64,000 bases of DNA, taken from contig NC_091284.1 of NCBI RefSeq assembly GCF_032444005.1, forward strand, positions 513,422,001 through 513,486,000. Reading direction: 5' to 3'. The stretch comes from Ranitomeya imitator. Taxonomy: Eukaryota. This document shows positions 26,427-39,468 of the stretch, one piece after another. Position numbers and translations under genes: made by a program. How positions within the stretch are numbered: the stretch's first letter is position 1; each line of letters begins with the position of its first letter. Below the pieces are notes generated by a model. It had not been told where the DNA came from and searched no databases. It saw nothing but the letters and a program-made list of their open reading frames with translations.

Positions 26427-29400
26427 AGGAGACCCCCATGATAAAGGTGGGGGGCTGCACAGGGCCTTATGTCATCCTGTCAGCCATTGTACACACAGAG
26501 AAATCCCGGCCTCACCATCTCCAGGTCAGATGAGGCACTAACAGGAGACCCCCATGATAAAGGTGGGGGGCTGCACAGGGCCTTATGTCATCCTGTCAGC
26601 CATTGTACACACAGAGAAATCCCGGCCTCGCCATCTCCAGGTCAGATGAGGCACTAACAGGAGACCCCCATGATAAAGGTGGGGGGCTGCACAGGGCCTT
26701 ATGTCCTCCTGTCAGCCATTGTACACACAGAAAAATCCCGGCCTCGCCATCTCCAGGTCAGATGAGGCACTAACAGGAGACCCCCATGATAAAGGTGGGG
26801 GGCAGCTCGAGGCCTTTATGTCATCCTGTCAGCCATTGTACACACAGAGAAATCCCGGCCTCACCATCTCCAGGTCAGATGAGGCACTAACAGGAGACCC
26901 CCATGATAAAGGTGGGGGGCTGCACAGGGCCTTATGTCCTCCTGTCAGCCATTGTACACACAGAGAAATCCCGGCCTCGCCATCTCCAGGTCAGATGAGG
27001 CACTAACAGGAGACCCCCATGATAAAGGTGGGGGGCAGCTCGAGGCCTTTATGTCATCCTGTCAGCCATTGTACACACAGAGAAATCCCGGCCTCACCAT
27101 CTCCAGGTCAGATGAGGCACTAACAGGAGACCCCCATGATAAAGGTGGGGGGCTGCACAGGGCCTTATGTCATCCTGTCAGCCATTGTACACACAGAGAA
27201 ATCCCGGCCTCGCCATCTCCAGGTCAGATGAGGCACTAACAGGAGACCCCCATGATAAAGGTGGGGGGCTGCACAGGGCCTTATGTCCTCCTGTCAGCCA
27301 TTGTACACACAGAAAAATCCCGGCCTCGCCATCTCCAGGTCAGATGAGGCACTAACAGGAGACCCCCATGATAAAGGTGGGGGGCAGCTCGAGGCCTTTA
27401 TGTCATCCTGTCAGCCATTGTACACACAGAGAAATCCCGGCCTCACCATCTCCAGGTCAGATGAGGCACTAACAGGAGACCCCCATGATAAAGGTGGGGG
27501 GCTGCACAGGGCCTTATGTCATCCTGTCAGCCATTGTACACACAGAGAAATCCCGGCCTCGCCATCTCCAGGTCAGATGAGGCACTAACAGGAGACCCCC
27601 ATGATAAAGGTGGGGGGCAGCTCGAGGCCTTTATGTCATCCTGTCAGCCATTGTACACACAGAGAAATCCCGGCCTCACCATCTCCAGGTCAGATGAGGC
27701 ACTAACAGGAGACCCCCATGATAAAGGTGGTGGGCTGCACAGGGCCTTATGTCCTCCTGTCAGCCATTGTACACACAGAGAAATCCCGGCCTCGCCATCT
27801 CCAGGTCAGATGAGGCACTAACAGGAGACCCCCATGATAAAGGTGGGGGGCAGCTCGAGGCCTTTATGTCATCCTGTCAGCCATTGTACACACAGAGAAA
27901 TCCCGGCCTCACCATCTCCAGGTCAGATGAGGCACTAACAGGAGACCCCCATGATAAAGGTGGGGGCTGCACAGGGCCTTATGTCATCCTGTCAGCCATT
28001 GTACACACAGAGAAATCCCGGCCTCACCATCTCCAGGTCAGATGAGGCACTAACAGGAGACCCCCATGATAAAGGTGGGGGGCTGCACAGGGCCTTATGT
28101 CCTCCTGTCAGCCATTGTACACACAGAAAAATCCCGGCCTCGCCATCTCCAGGTCAGATGAGGCACTAACAGGAGACCCCCATGATAAAGGTGGGGGGCA
28201 GCTCGAGGCCTTTATGTCATCCTGTCAGCCATTGTACACACAGAGAAATCCCGGCCTCACCATCTCCAGGTCAGATGAGGCACTAACAGGAGACCCCCAT
28301 GATAAAGGTGGGGGGCTGCACAGGGCCTTATGTCATCCTGTCAGCCATTGTACACACAGAGAAATCCCGGCCTCGCCATCTCCAGGTCAGATGAGGCACT
28401 AACAGGAGACCCCCATGATAAAGGTGGGGGGCTGCACAGGGCCTTATGTCCTCCTGTCAGCCATTGTACACACAGAAAAATCCCGGCCTCGCCATCTCCA
28501 GGTCAGATGAGGCACTAACAGGAGACCCCCATGATAAAGGTGGGGGGCAGCTCGAGGCCTTTATGTCATCCTGTCAGCCATTGTACACACAGAGAAATCC
28601 CGGCCTCACCATCTCCAGGTCAGATGAGGCACTAACAGGAGACCCCCATGATAAAGGTGGGGGGCTGCACAGGGCCTTATGTCATCCTGTCAGCCATTGT
28701 ACACACAGAGAAATCCCGGCCTCGCCATCTCCAGGTCAGATGAGGCACTAACAGGAGACCCCCATGATAAAGGTGGGGGGCTGCACAGGGCCTTATGTCC
28801 TCCTGTCAGCCATTGTACACACAGAGAAATCCCGGCCTCGCCATCTCCAGGTCAGATGAGGCACTAACAGGAGACCCCCATGATAAAGGTGGGGGGCAGC
28901 TCGAGGCCTTTATGTCATCCTGTCAGCCATTGTACACACAGAGAAATCCCGGCCTCGCCATCTCCAGGTCAGATGAGGCACTAACAGGAGACCCCCATGA
29001 TAAAGGTGGGGGGCAGCTCGAGGCCTTTATGTCATCCTGTCAGCCATTGTACACACAGAGAAATCCCGGCCTCACCATCTCCAGGTCAGATGAAGCACTA
29101 AGGCTACGTTCAGACTAGCGTTGTGCGCCGCTGCGTCGGCGACGCACGCAAAAACGCGGCAAAACGCACGCAAAAACGCTGCGTTTTGCGACGCGTGCGT
29201 CGTTTTTTGCCGAAAATCGGACGCAAGAAAAATGCAACTTGTTGTGTTTTCTTGGTCCGACGCTTGCGGCAAAAAAGACGCATGCGTCGCACAACGCAAC
29301 AAACAAAAACGCATGCGTCCCCCATGTTAAATATAGGGGCGCATGGCGCGTGCGTCGCCCGACGCTAACCCGACGCACACTAGCACAACGCTAGTCTGAA

Positions 29401-29839
29401 CGTAGCCTAACAGGAGACCCCCCATGATAAAGGTGGGGGGCTGCACAGGGCCTTTATGTCCTTCTGTCAGCTATTGTACACACAGAGAAATCCCAGCCTC
29501 GCCATCTCCAGGTCAGATGAAGCACTAACAGGAGACCCCCATTATAAAGGTTGGGGGCTGCACAGGGCCTTTATGTCCTCCTGTCAGCTATTGTACACAC
29601 AGAGAAATCCCAGCCTCGCCATCTCCAGGTCAGATGAAGCACTAACAGGAGACCCCCCATGATAAAGGTAGGGGGGGCTGCACAGGACCTTTTTGTCGTC
29701 CTGTCAGCTATTGTACACACAGAGAAATCCCGGCCTCACCATCTCCAGGTCAGATGAGGCACTAACAGGAGACCCCCATGATAAAGGTGGGGGGCTGCAC
29801 AGGGCCTTTATGTCCTCCTGTCAGCCATTGTACACACAG
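26427..29839. repeat. 116/117-bp tandem satellite, ~27 units, in putative trappc2 intron 1
   Basis: Unit AGGAGACCCCCATGATAAAGGTGGGGGGCTGCACAGGGCCTTATGTCATCCTGTCAGCCATTGTACACACAGAGAAATCCCGGCCTCACCATCTCCAGGTCAGATGAGGCACTAAC. The 117-bp variant has GGCAGCTCGAGGCCTTT; 233- and 349-bp higher-order periods are visible in the ORF spacing. Confidence 0.97.
29102..29407. mobile_element. PIF/Harbinger-type MITE (306 bp) inserted in the 116-bp satellite
   Basis: TIRs GGCTACGTTCAGACTAGCGTTGTGC / GCACAACGCTAGTCTGAACGTAGCC; TAA TSD at 29099-29101 and 29408-29410, reconstituting GCACTAACAGG. Confidence 0.9.
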
Positions 29840-30023
29840 CACTATGGTGCTATGAGTACAAGCCTAGTAATCCGCTGCTCCACATAAGCAGGAATGAAGC
29901 CGGCTCCATACATGTGCGTATCTGGTGAGCTTGTGGTGCATGTGCTGAGCATGGGTCTCTAATGTAATGGCCGCTCTGCTGCTGGGAATAGATGTGTTTT
30001 CTGATGCCTCTGCTTGTGTTTAG

Positions 30024-30197
<174 letters not shown>

Positions 30198-30657
30198 TAG
30201 TGTAGGGGCCTAGGGCGCTCGGCGTGAACCCAGACCACGCGGTGAGAATTGCGCTGGTTGTCAGATGGTAGGGAAATGAGTGGAATTGACAATTTGTCAT
30301 TAATGGCAGCTTAGTTATGCGAAAAAGTGTCATTAAGTGTCGGAGAACCTGACATCTGGCTTGTCTCCGCTGCTGACAGTCTCTGCCTATATACGCATGT
30401 AGGAGAGATCTGTCAATCCAGACAGCGGGCGAAGAGAAGGCGCTCGTCTGTGCGACTAGTCTGCCATGCGGCTCGGTCCCCAGCGGCTATTAAAGGTATA
30501 TCACAACCAGAATCCTGATCCTAGAAACAACGAAAAGCGCAAATAAGGGCTTATCCAGGTAAAACAGTGGTAAGTGCTCACCTTATGGGGTTGTGTGTGA
30601 CCCTCCCAGTATGTTCACCTTATATCAGGTACTGCAGCACCCACCAAGATGTCGAAC

Positions 30658-30900
30658 GTGTCAAGGTATTGGGATAGTGGACTTCACTCTGCGCTGCTGA
30701 TTTTCCAGTCAAAGATCCATGAGACAGAGGAGAGTTCACAGTGGTTTATTGTCATGCGTTGTTGTGTACATCCTGAAGGAGGAGTTTGATGAATTTGAAA
30801 CGCGTTGACAATAAACCACTGTGAACTCTCCTGTCTCCTGGATGTTTGACCGGAAAATCGGCAGCGCAGAGTGAAATCCACTATCCCAATACCTTGACAC
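30658..30900. repeat. Long inverted repeat (arms ~97/95 bp, ~51-nt loop)
   Basis: GTGTCAAGGTATTGGGATAGTGGA...GTGGTTTATTGTCA pairs with TGACAATAAACCAC...TCCACTATCCCAATACCTTGACAC, with few mismatches. Confidence 0.9.
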
Positions 30901-31423
30901 AACCGGAGTAAAATATACCTGGTTGTGATTAGGGAGCCAGTGTCTGATACTTGCTGCTCAGTCCACAGGCGGCGTGTATCAGGTGTGAGGTTCATGTTAA
31001 AGGGAGTGTGACAAAACCTTTCTTCAACAGCGCACAGCCTCACGGATTTCTGCTTACCCTGGTGGGGTTACAACTAAATAGAGGAGCTGATCGCTTCGTG
31101 CATCCTCCATCTATGGTCCAGGTCTGTGCCCCTAGTCTTATACTCACCAGCTGCTGTCTTCAGCTGTTCCTGGCACCATTCTGGTCCCGATTTGCCATCT
31201 TGTGATCGTTAAGTCTGCCTGACCGGAAGTCAGAGGTAACTTGGTCACAATCTCTCAAGGTCAGTCTATGAGAGGTTCTGACCTTTTTGCTGGCTCTCAG
31301 ACTTGCATTGAGAAGTGACCTGTGGCTTGACCAGCGCACACTGGAGCGATCTGACAGGTCACAAAGTGCAGAAGACGACCGCAGCGGCCAGAGACCACAT
31401 GAAAACTGCAGCTTCTAAGTATA

Positions 31424-33035
31424 CAGGTCCTTCTCAAAAAATTAGCATATAGTGTTAAATTTCATTATTTACCATAATGTAATGATTACAATTAAACTTT
31501 CATATATTATAGATTCATTATCCACCAACTGAAATTTGTCAGGTCTTTTATTGTTTTAATACTGATGATTTTGGCATACAACTCCTGATAACCCAAAAAA
31601 CCTGTCTCAATAAATTAGCATATTTCACCCATCCAATCAAATAAAAGTGTTTTTTAATAACAAACAAAAAAACCATCAAATAATAATGTTCAGTTATGCA
31701 CTCAATACTTGGTCGGGAATCCTTTGGCAGAAATGACTGCTTCAATGCGGCGTGGCATGGAGGCAATCAGCCTGTGACACTGCTGAGATGTTATGGAGGC
31801 CCAGGATGCTTCAGTAGCGGCCTTAAGCTCATCCAGAGTGTTGGGTCTTGCGTCTCTCAACTTTCTCTTCACAATATCCCACAGATTCTCTATGGGGTTC
31901 AGGTCAGGAGAGTTGGCAGGCCAATTGAGCACAGTAATACCATGGTCAGTAAACCATTTACCAGTGGTTTTGGCACTGTGAGCATGTGCCAGGTCGTGCT
32001 GAAAAATGAAATCTTCATCTCCATAAAGCATTTCAGCCGATGGAAGCATGAAGTGCTCCAAAATCTCCTGATAGCTAGCTGCATTGACCCTGCCCTTGAT
32101 GAAACACAGTGGACCAACACCAGCAGCTGACATGGCACCCCACACCATCACTGACTGTGGGTACTTGACACTGGACTTCAGGCATTTTGGCATTTCCTTC
32201 TCCCCAGTCTTCCTCCAGACTCTGGCACCTTGATTTCCGAATGACATGCAAAATTTGCTTTCATCAGAAAAAAGTACTTGGGACCACTTAGCAACAGTCC
32301 AGTGCTGCTTCTCTGTAGCCCAGGTCAGGCGCCTCTGCCGCTGTTTATGGTTCAAAAGTGGCTTTACCTGGGGAATGCGGCACCTGTAGCCCATTTCCTG
32401 CACACGCCTGTGCACGGTGGCTCTGGATGTTTCCACACCAGACTCAGTCCACTGCTTCCTCAGGTTCCCCAAGGTCTGGAATCGGTCCTTCTCCACAATC
32501 TTCCTCAGGGTCCGGTCTCCTCTTCTCGTTGTACAGCGTTTTCTGCCACATTGTTTCCTTCCAACAGACTTACCATTGAGGTGCCTTGATACAGCACTCT
32601 GGGAACAGCCTATTTGTTGAGAAATTTCTTTCTGGGTCTTACCCTCTTGCTTGAGGGTGTCAATGAGGGCCTTCTTGACATCTGTCAGGTCGCTAGTCTT
32701 ACCCATGATGGGGGTTTTGAGTAATGAACAAGGCAGGGAGTTTATAAAAGCCTCAGGTATCTTTTGCATGTGTTTAGAGTTAATTAGTTGATTCAGAAGA
32801 TTAGGGTAATAGGTCGTTTAGAGAACCTTTTCTTGATATGCTAATTTATTGAGACAGGTTTTTTGGGTTATCAGGAGTTGTATGCCAAAATCATCAGTAT
32901 TTAAACAATAAAAGACCTGACAAATTTCAGTTGGTGGATAATGAATCTATAATATATGAAAGTTTAATTGTAATCATTACATTATGGTAAATAATGAAAT
33001 TTAACACTATATGCTAATTTTTTGAGAAGGACCTG
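31424..33035 (-). mobile_element. Full-length Tc1 transposon (1612 bp, IR/DR type)
   Basis: 200-bp TIRs (31424-31623 / 32836-33035) differing at one position by my reading; inner and outer direct repeat AAATTAGCATAT; TA TSDs at 31422-23 and 33036-37. Confidence 0.97.
31702..32706 (-). CDS. Tc1 transposase, 334 aa, uninterrupted, DD34E
   Basis: MGKTSDL... paired-like HTH N-terminus with GRK(R) linker; VLFSDESKF, FQHDLAHAH and WPANSPDLNPIE with 34 residues between the second D and E; ends KGFPTKY. Confidence 0.95.
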   Translation of the reverse strand: MGKTSDLTDVKKALIDTLKQEGKTQKEISQQIGCSQSAVSRHLNGKSVGRKQCGRKRCTTRRGDRTLRKIVEKDRFQTLGNLRKQWTESGVETSRATVHRRVQEMGYRCRIPQVKPLLNHKQRQRRLTWATEKQHWTVAKWSQVLFSDESKFCMSFGNQGARVWRKTGEKEMPKCLKSSVKYPQSVMVWGAMSAAGVGPLCFIKGRVNAASYQEILEHFMLPSAEMLYGDEDFIFQHDLAHAHSAKTTGKWFTDHGITVLNWPANSPDLNPIENLWDIVKRKLRDARPNTLDELKAATEASWASITSQQCHRLIASMPRRIEAVISAKGFPTKY

Positions 33036-33163
33036 TATTATTAGGGGCAAGGAATATATTGGTGCCACCACTGCAGCGGTACAATTTATAATGGAGTGGT
33101 GATTTAACTATTTTTAATAGTCTGAAAAGCTAAATTTCAAGTTTGTTTTCCTCCTTTTCATGA

Positions 33164-34254
<1,091 letters not shown>

Positions 34255-34340
34255 ATATGAGATTTATTATGCTACATGACGTACGGCAAGAAGATGGAAT
34301 AAAAAATTTTTTCAACGAAGCATATGACTTGTACATTAAG
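34255..34340 (+). CDS. trappc2: TRAPPC2 coding exon 3 ([29 protein letters not shown])
   Basis: 86 nt; donor gtatgc at 34341. Confidence 0.97.
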
Positions 34341-34433
34341 GTATGCCATAGAGGTGGTATGTGCACATTGCGGTGTTCAGAGATTCTATCTGTGTATTTA
34401 TTCCCTTTACGGGTTTTTTTCTTTTTTTTGCAG

Positions 34434-34532
34434 TTTGCAATGAATCCATTTTACGAAGCAAATACTCCAATACGATCAACTGCACTCGATCGGAAAATAC
34501 AGTTCCTTGGAAAGAAGCATTTACTAAGCTGA
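34434..34532 (+). CDS. trappc2: TRAPPC2 last coding exon ([32 protein letters not shown])
   Basis: Acceptor ttttttttgcag. The four exons sum to 140 codons plus stop, the size of sedlin. AATAAA at 34532 and 34824 are candidate poly(A) signals. Confidence 0.97.
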   Translation, partial: FAMNPFYEANTPIRSTALDRKIQFLGKKHLLS

Positions 34533-35294
34533 ATAAAAATGTATATTCCGAAGTATACGTGTATGACCCTGCAGGTGCTACACTGTACGGTGTAAACCAG
34601 AGATTTATTCAAGGGTAGCTAAAACTAAAAAAAGAATATGTACGGTATATAAATACCATAGATATATAAACACTCACTGATAACTAGTGTTGATTAATGG
34701 GTATTGCATCACGAGACCCCCGCAGATAAATTAAATCATGTCCTGGTAGCAATATGAGGAGAATAGTATCTGCGCTCTACACAAAGTGTACGGATCCATA
34801 GACTGTCTGGCTCATATTTTTGAGAATAAACTGAGTGTTTCTGCCCCTTGGTGAGCGATTGTTTTTTTTTTTGTAGGGGTTTTACAGACCTAGACCACCA
34901 CCGATGAATCCTAATGTTTTGATATGGTATCCCCTGTACAAGTTAAAAAGTTTAGTTACTCTTGAATTGAAAGTCTTATTAGCAAATAAACATAATATTA
35001 ATCTTTGGATGTGGAATCAGTGGGCTAGCGAGAGGAATATATAATGTAAATATTAGAGTATATGTTCCATGAACTAAGCCTTTCTGATTGTATACTTAAC
35101 ATGTATTTGGTTTCTCATCATTCTGTAGATATTTCCCTGATGTGTCCTGTGACTTCCATGGTTTTTTTTTCAGTATTTATTTGTATTCCTTCTTAGAAGT
35201 TATTTCACTATTTAGGAAAATCTTGTCAACAATAAACACTTCTGTGCATCAGTTGAAATATACTCCTGTTTTACTGTGGTTTACTAATGGTAAC

Positions 35295-35588
35295 TAGTGA
35301 TGAGTGAGTATGAGTGAGTATGAAACCCGTTGCTCGGGTTTCCCAGAGCACGTTCGGATGGTCTCCCGAGTATTTGGATGTGCTCGGAGATGTGGTTTGT
35401 CGACACGGCTGCATGATTTGCGACTGCTGGACAGCCTGAACACGTGTGGGAATTCCCTAACAAACAGGCAACCCCCACATGTGTTCAGCCTGTCTAGCAG
35501 TCGCAAATCATGCAGCTGTCGACAAAAACTAAATCTCCGAGCACTCACAAATACTGTGAGATCACCCGAGCATGCTCGCTCATCACTA
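35295..35588. mobile_element. hAT-type MITE (294 bp)
   Basis: TIRs TAGTGATGAG / CTCATCACTA; exact 8-bp TSD ATGGTAAC at 35287-94 and 35589-96. Confidence 0.85.
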
Positions 35589-35736
35589 ATGGTAACTAAA
35601 TTATCCATACATTTCCATGATCACCTCCTTGACCTTACAAAGAACCCTTCCACATTGCAGCTTTGTGTTGCCTGGATCCATAAGATATCTGGCACATACA
35701 GCATTAACATACAGCATTAACATACAGCATTAACTC

Positions 35737-37030
35737 CATATCAGCATGGGTTTATGAGAAATCGCTCCTGTCAAACCAATCTAATCAGTTTTTATGAAGA
35801 GGTAAGCTATAGGCTGGACCACGGTGAGTCATTGGACGTGGTATATCTCGATTTTTCCAAAGCGTTTGATACCGTGCCACACAAGAGGTTGGTACACAAA
35901 ATGAGAATGCTTGGTCTGGGGGAAATTGTGTGTAAATGGGTTAGTAACTGGCTTAGTGATAGAAAGCAGAGGGTGGTTATAAATGGTATAGTCTCTAACT
36001 GGGTCGCTGTGACCAGTGGGGTACCGCAGGGGTCAGTATTGGGACCTGTTCTCTTCAACATATTCATTAATGATCTGGTAGAAGGTTTACACAGTAAAAT
36101 ATCGATATTTGCAGATGATACAAAACTATGTAAAGCAGTTAATACAAGAGAAGATAGTATTCTGCTACAGATGGATCTGGATAAGTTGGAAACTTGGGCT
36201 GAAAGGTGGCAGATGAGGTTTAACAATGATAAATGTAAGGTTATACACATGGGAAGAAGGAATCAATGTCACCATTACACACTGAATGGGAAACCACTGG
36301 GTAAATCTGACAGGGAGAAGGACTTGGGGATCCTAGTTAATGATAAACTTACCTGGAGCAGCCAGTGCCAGGCAGCAGCTGCCAAGGCAAACAGGATCAT
36401 GGGGTGCATTAAAAGAGGTCTGGATACACATGATGAGAGCATTATACTGCCTCTGTACAAATCCCTAGTTAGACCGCACATGGAGTACTGTGTCCATTTT
36501 GGGCACCGGTGCTCAGGAAGGATATAATGGAACTAGAGAGAGTACAAAGGAGGGCAACAAAATTAATAAAGGGGATGGGAGAACTACAATACCCAGATAG
36601 ATTAGCGAAATTAGGATTATTTAGTCTAGAAAAAAGACGACTGAGGGGCGATCTAATAACCATGTATAAGTATATAAGGAGACAATACAAATATCTCGCT
36701 GAGGATCTGTTTATACCAAGGAAGGTGACGGGCACAAGGGGGCATTCTTTGCGTCTGGAGGAGAGAAGGTTTTTCCACCAACATAGAAGAGGATTCTTTA
36801 CTGTTAGGGCAGTGAGAATCTGGAATTGCTTGCCTGAGGAGGTGGTGATGGCGAACTCAGTCGAGGGGTTCAAGAGAGGCCTGGATGTCTTCCTGGAGCA
36901 GAACAATATTGTATCATACAATTAGGTTCTGTAGAAGGACGTAGATCTGGGGATTTATTATGATGGAATATAGGCTGAACTGGATGGACAAATGTCTTTT
37001 TTCGGCCTTACTAACTATGTTACTATGTTA
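35737..37030 (+). mobile_element. 5'-truncated CR1 LINE (RT C-terminal half + 3' UTR), one frameshift near 36497
   Basis: QHGFMRNRSCQTNL, VDVVYLDFSKAFD-type motif, SGVPQGSVLGP, FADDTK, LERVQRRATK; ends in (TATGTTAC)n tail; three 13-bp ACATACAGCATTA copies at the 5' junction. Confidence 0.92.
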
Positions 37031-38259
37031 CAGAAAAGATTGCGATAGGCAAGGCTTGGATTTAGGTGCATCATGCTTTCCATTCTATGAAGCCTGTTTG
37101 TTTTTTTTGGTACACCACCGGTAATTGAGGTTGGCTTACCTGCCAGGTCTCTTCATTTAAATTAATCAGTTAATTTATTACAAGTTCACCGCTGTATGGC
37201 ACAGGGTTACGCTCGCTTATTTGTTTTCTACAAGCCGTGTTTAGAACGGGTTTTAAATCAAGGATAGTGCCCTATAAAGCCTATTCAATGTTGTCCCCAA
37301 GCCTTTTAACATCAGTAAGACCCCGATGCAACTGAAATGAGGACATGACTAAGGGCTCTTTACACAGGCCGACTTGCAGCATTAAATGACTGTTAATTGG
37401 CTACATACTTGATTTCTCAGTCGCCCATGACAGCACTACCAGAGAGGGGGATCCGCCCTTCAGGGACAGGAAACCTATAGGATAAAAGGGCGGTACCTCT
37501 CCCCTGCATCAGTTTGGTTTCCTGTCCCTGACAGGGAACCCTCTAGGATCGGTACCTGAAGATCCGGAGCCGGCCAGTCGAGCTATGACGGCGGGGAGGC
37601 CCCTGTCACGGCTGGTGCGGTGTCCGACGCCACCACTGCTGGGACCGAAAGGTCTGCAGAGTGCGCGGAGGGAAGCGCGGCCGCCTCCCCGGAATGGGGT
37701 AGGGGCTTTAGGGACCCGGTATGCCTGCTTCCGCATTCAAGCACTTCCTGATTCGGGGCGGGTGCATACGCATGGTGTGCGAGGTGCACCAAGATGGCCA
37801 CCGCCCCGGATCTAGTACATCTCTACTTCCGGGTCCCAGGCAACACGCGCGTGCGCAGATCAATGCATGGGGATCAGCGCTTCCCGATGACGCATCCCTG
37901 GAGGAGGGGGTGGATTGGGGCCAAATTTCTTTTAAAAAGTCACCACGGAAGTATCTCCTTGCTGCATGCAGTCCTAATAATGGAGGACAGCGATCTGTAG
38001 CTCCAGCCGCCGCAGCAGTCACAGCCCCAGCAGCAGCGTCACCAGCGCAAGCCATATGCACAAAGAAAGCGATCCTCAGCTGGCACCCGCAGTACTCGCT
38101 CCAGCAGCCATTCCATGCCGCAGAGTAAAGGCTCCAGTATGGCTAACCAGCCGACACCACCTACTACGGATCTCATACAGGATCCTATACCTCCTCCAGA
38201 ACCAGTACCTGTGGCTGCGCAAGATGGGTGAGTGATCTTCGTGAAAGTTCACCAAATAA

Positions 38260-39468
38260 TTGGGGTCCCCTCTTCTCCGTTTATTTTTAGGCGAAAAAAA
38301 AGAACGGAGAAAACTAAGCTCAAGTCCTGTCCCCTGTGCAAAAAAAAAACCCTTGTCGCAAACCTGGGATAAGAAATTGTGTGATTCCTGTATAGGACGT
38401 GTCCTTTGTGAGGAAACCCCTAATTTTGCCTCTGAGTTACGATCTGTAATCAAATCAGAGGTAGAGACAGCATTTAAATCCCTTAAAGGGGAAAGGGTTA
38501 AAGAGAAAACACCTGTACCCTATTCCCACTCCGATGCCTCTAGTTCTGAGGATGGAGATTCAGATAGGCGGGGTTCCTCCTCCTCGGATTCTGAGAGCGG
38601 AGGTCGCCACTGCTTCCCTTTAGATGAAGTCGATGCCCTTGTGAAGGCTGTAAGATCGACCATGGGGGTCTTGGATCCCTGTCCTGACAAAACGGTACAG
38701 GACACCATGTTTGGAGGATTAGGTCAGAAAAAGCGCAGAGTCTTTCCGCTTAACGAAAATGTTCAAGCATTAATTAAAAAGGAGTGGGAAAAGCCAGAAA
38801 GGAAAAACTCATCGGTACCCCCCCTTAAAAGGAAATATCCCTTTGAGGAAGAGGCTTCTACTTCATGGGATAAAGCTCCTAAACTTGACGTAGCAGTAGC
38901 TAATTCCTCAAAACAATTTGCGTTACCCTTTGAGGACATGGGAACTCTGAAATATCCCCTTGACAAAAGAGCCAATACCTTCCTTAAAGGGGCCTGGGAA
39001 GCGGCAGGGGGATGTTTAAGGCCTGCAATTGCAGCCGCATGTACTTCTAAATCTCTAATGATTTGGGTAGATAACTTGGAGAAACAACTAAGAGACAGTG
39101 TATCCAGAAATAAAGTGATAGATTCGATTCCCATGATTAGAGGGGCGACAGCTTTTTTGGCGGACTCGTCAGCCGACTCTATTAAACTCACTTCTAAATC
39201 AGCAGCTTTATCTAATGCAGCTCATAGGACGCTATGGCTAAAAAGTTGGCCAGGTGACCTACAGACTAAACAAAAACTTTGCTCAATTCCATGTGAGAGA
39301 AAATTTTTGTTTGGGGAGACCCTGGATGACATTTTACAAAAGGCAGGAGATAAGAAAAAAGGGTTCCCTAACCAGGCCACACCAATTGTTAAGCGGCCCT
39401 TTCGGAATAGGAAATTTTTTCGGAGACGTCCCCCAAGGGAACAGAACAGATGGGAAAAGGAGGGATAG
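38260..39468 (+). pseudogene. DIRS ORF1/gag-like (LAP2alpha-related region) remnant
   Basis: 402-aa open stretch with ...KEWEKPERK...WDKAPKLDVAV...DSIKLTSKS...RTLWLKSWPGD...LFGETLD motifs typical of vertebrate DIRS ORF1. Confidence 0.75.

Noticed and set aside
26469-29118. 62-107 aa ORFs MSSCQPLYTQRNPG...
   Set aside because: Translations of the 116/117-bp satellite; the longer ones arise only where the 117-bp variant keeps the frame.
5122-29839. CRISPR-like or tRNA/snRNA gene array interpretation of the tandem repeats
   Set aside because: No unique spacers, eukaryotic context, no cas genes; no cloverleaf, A/B boxes or Sm site recognisable in either unit.
37585-38128. ORFs at 37585-38128 and their mirror images at 43222-43929 as duplicated host genes
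   Set aside because: They are the two arms of the DIRS inverted terminal duplication.
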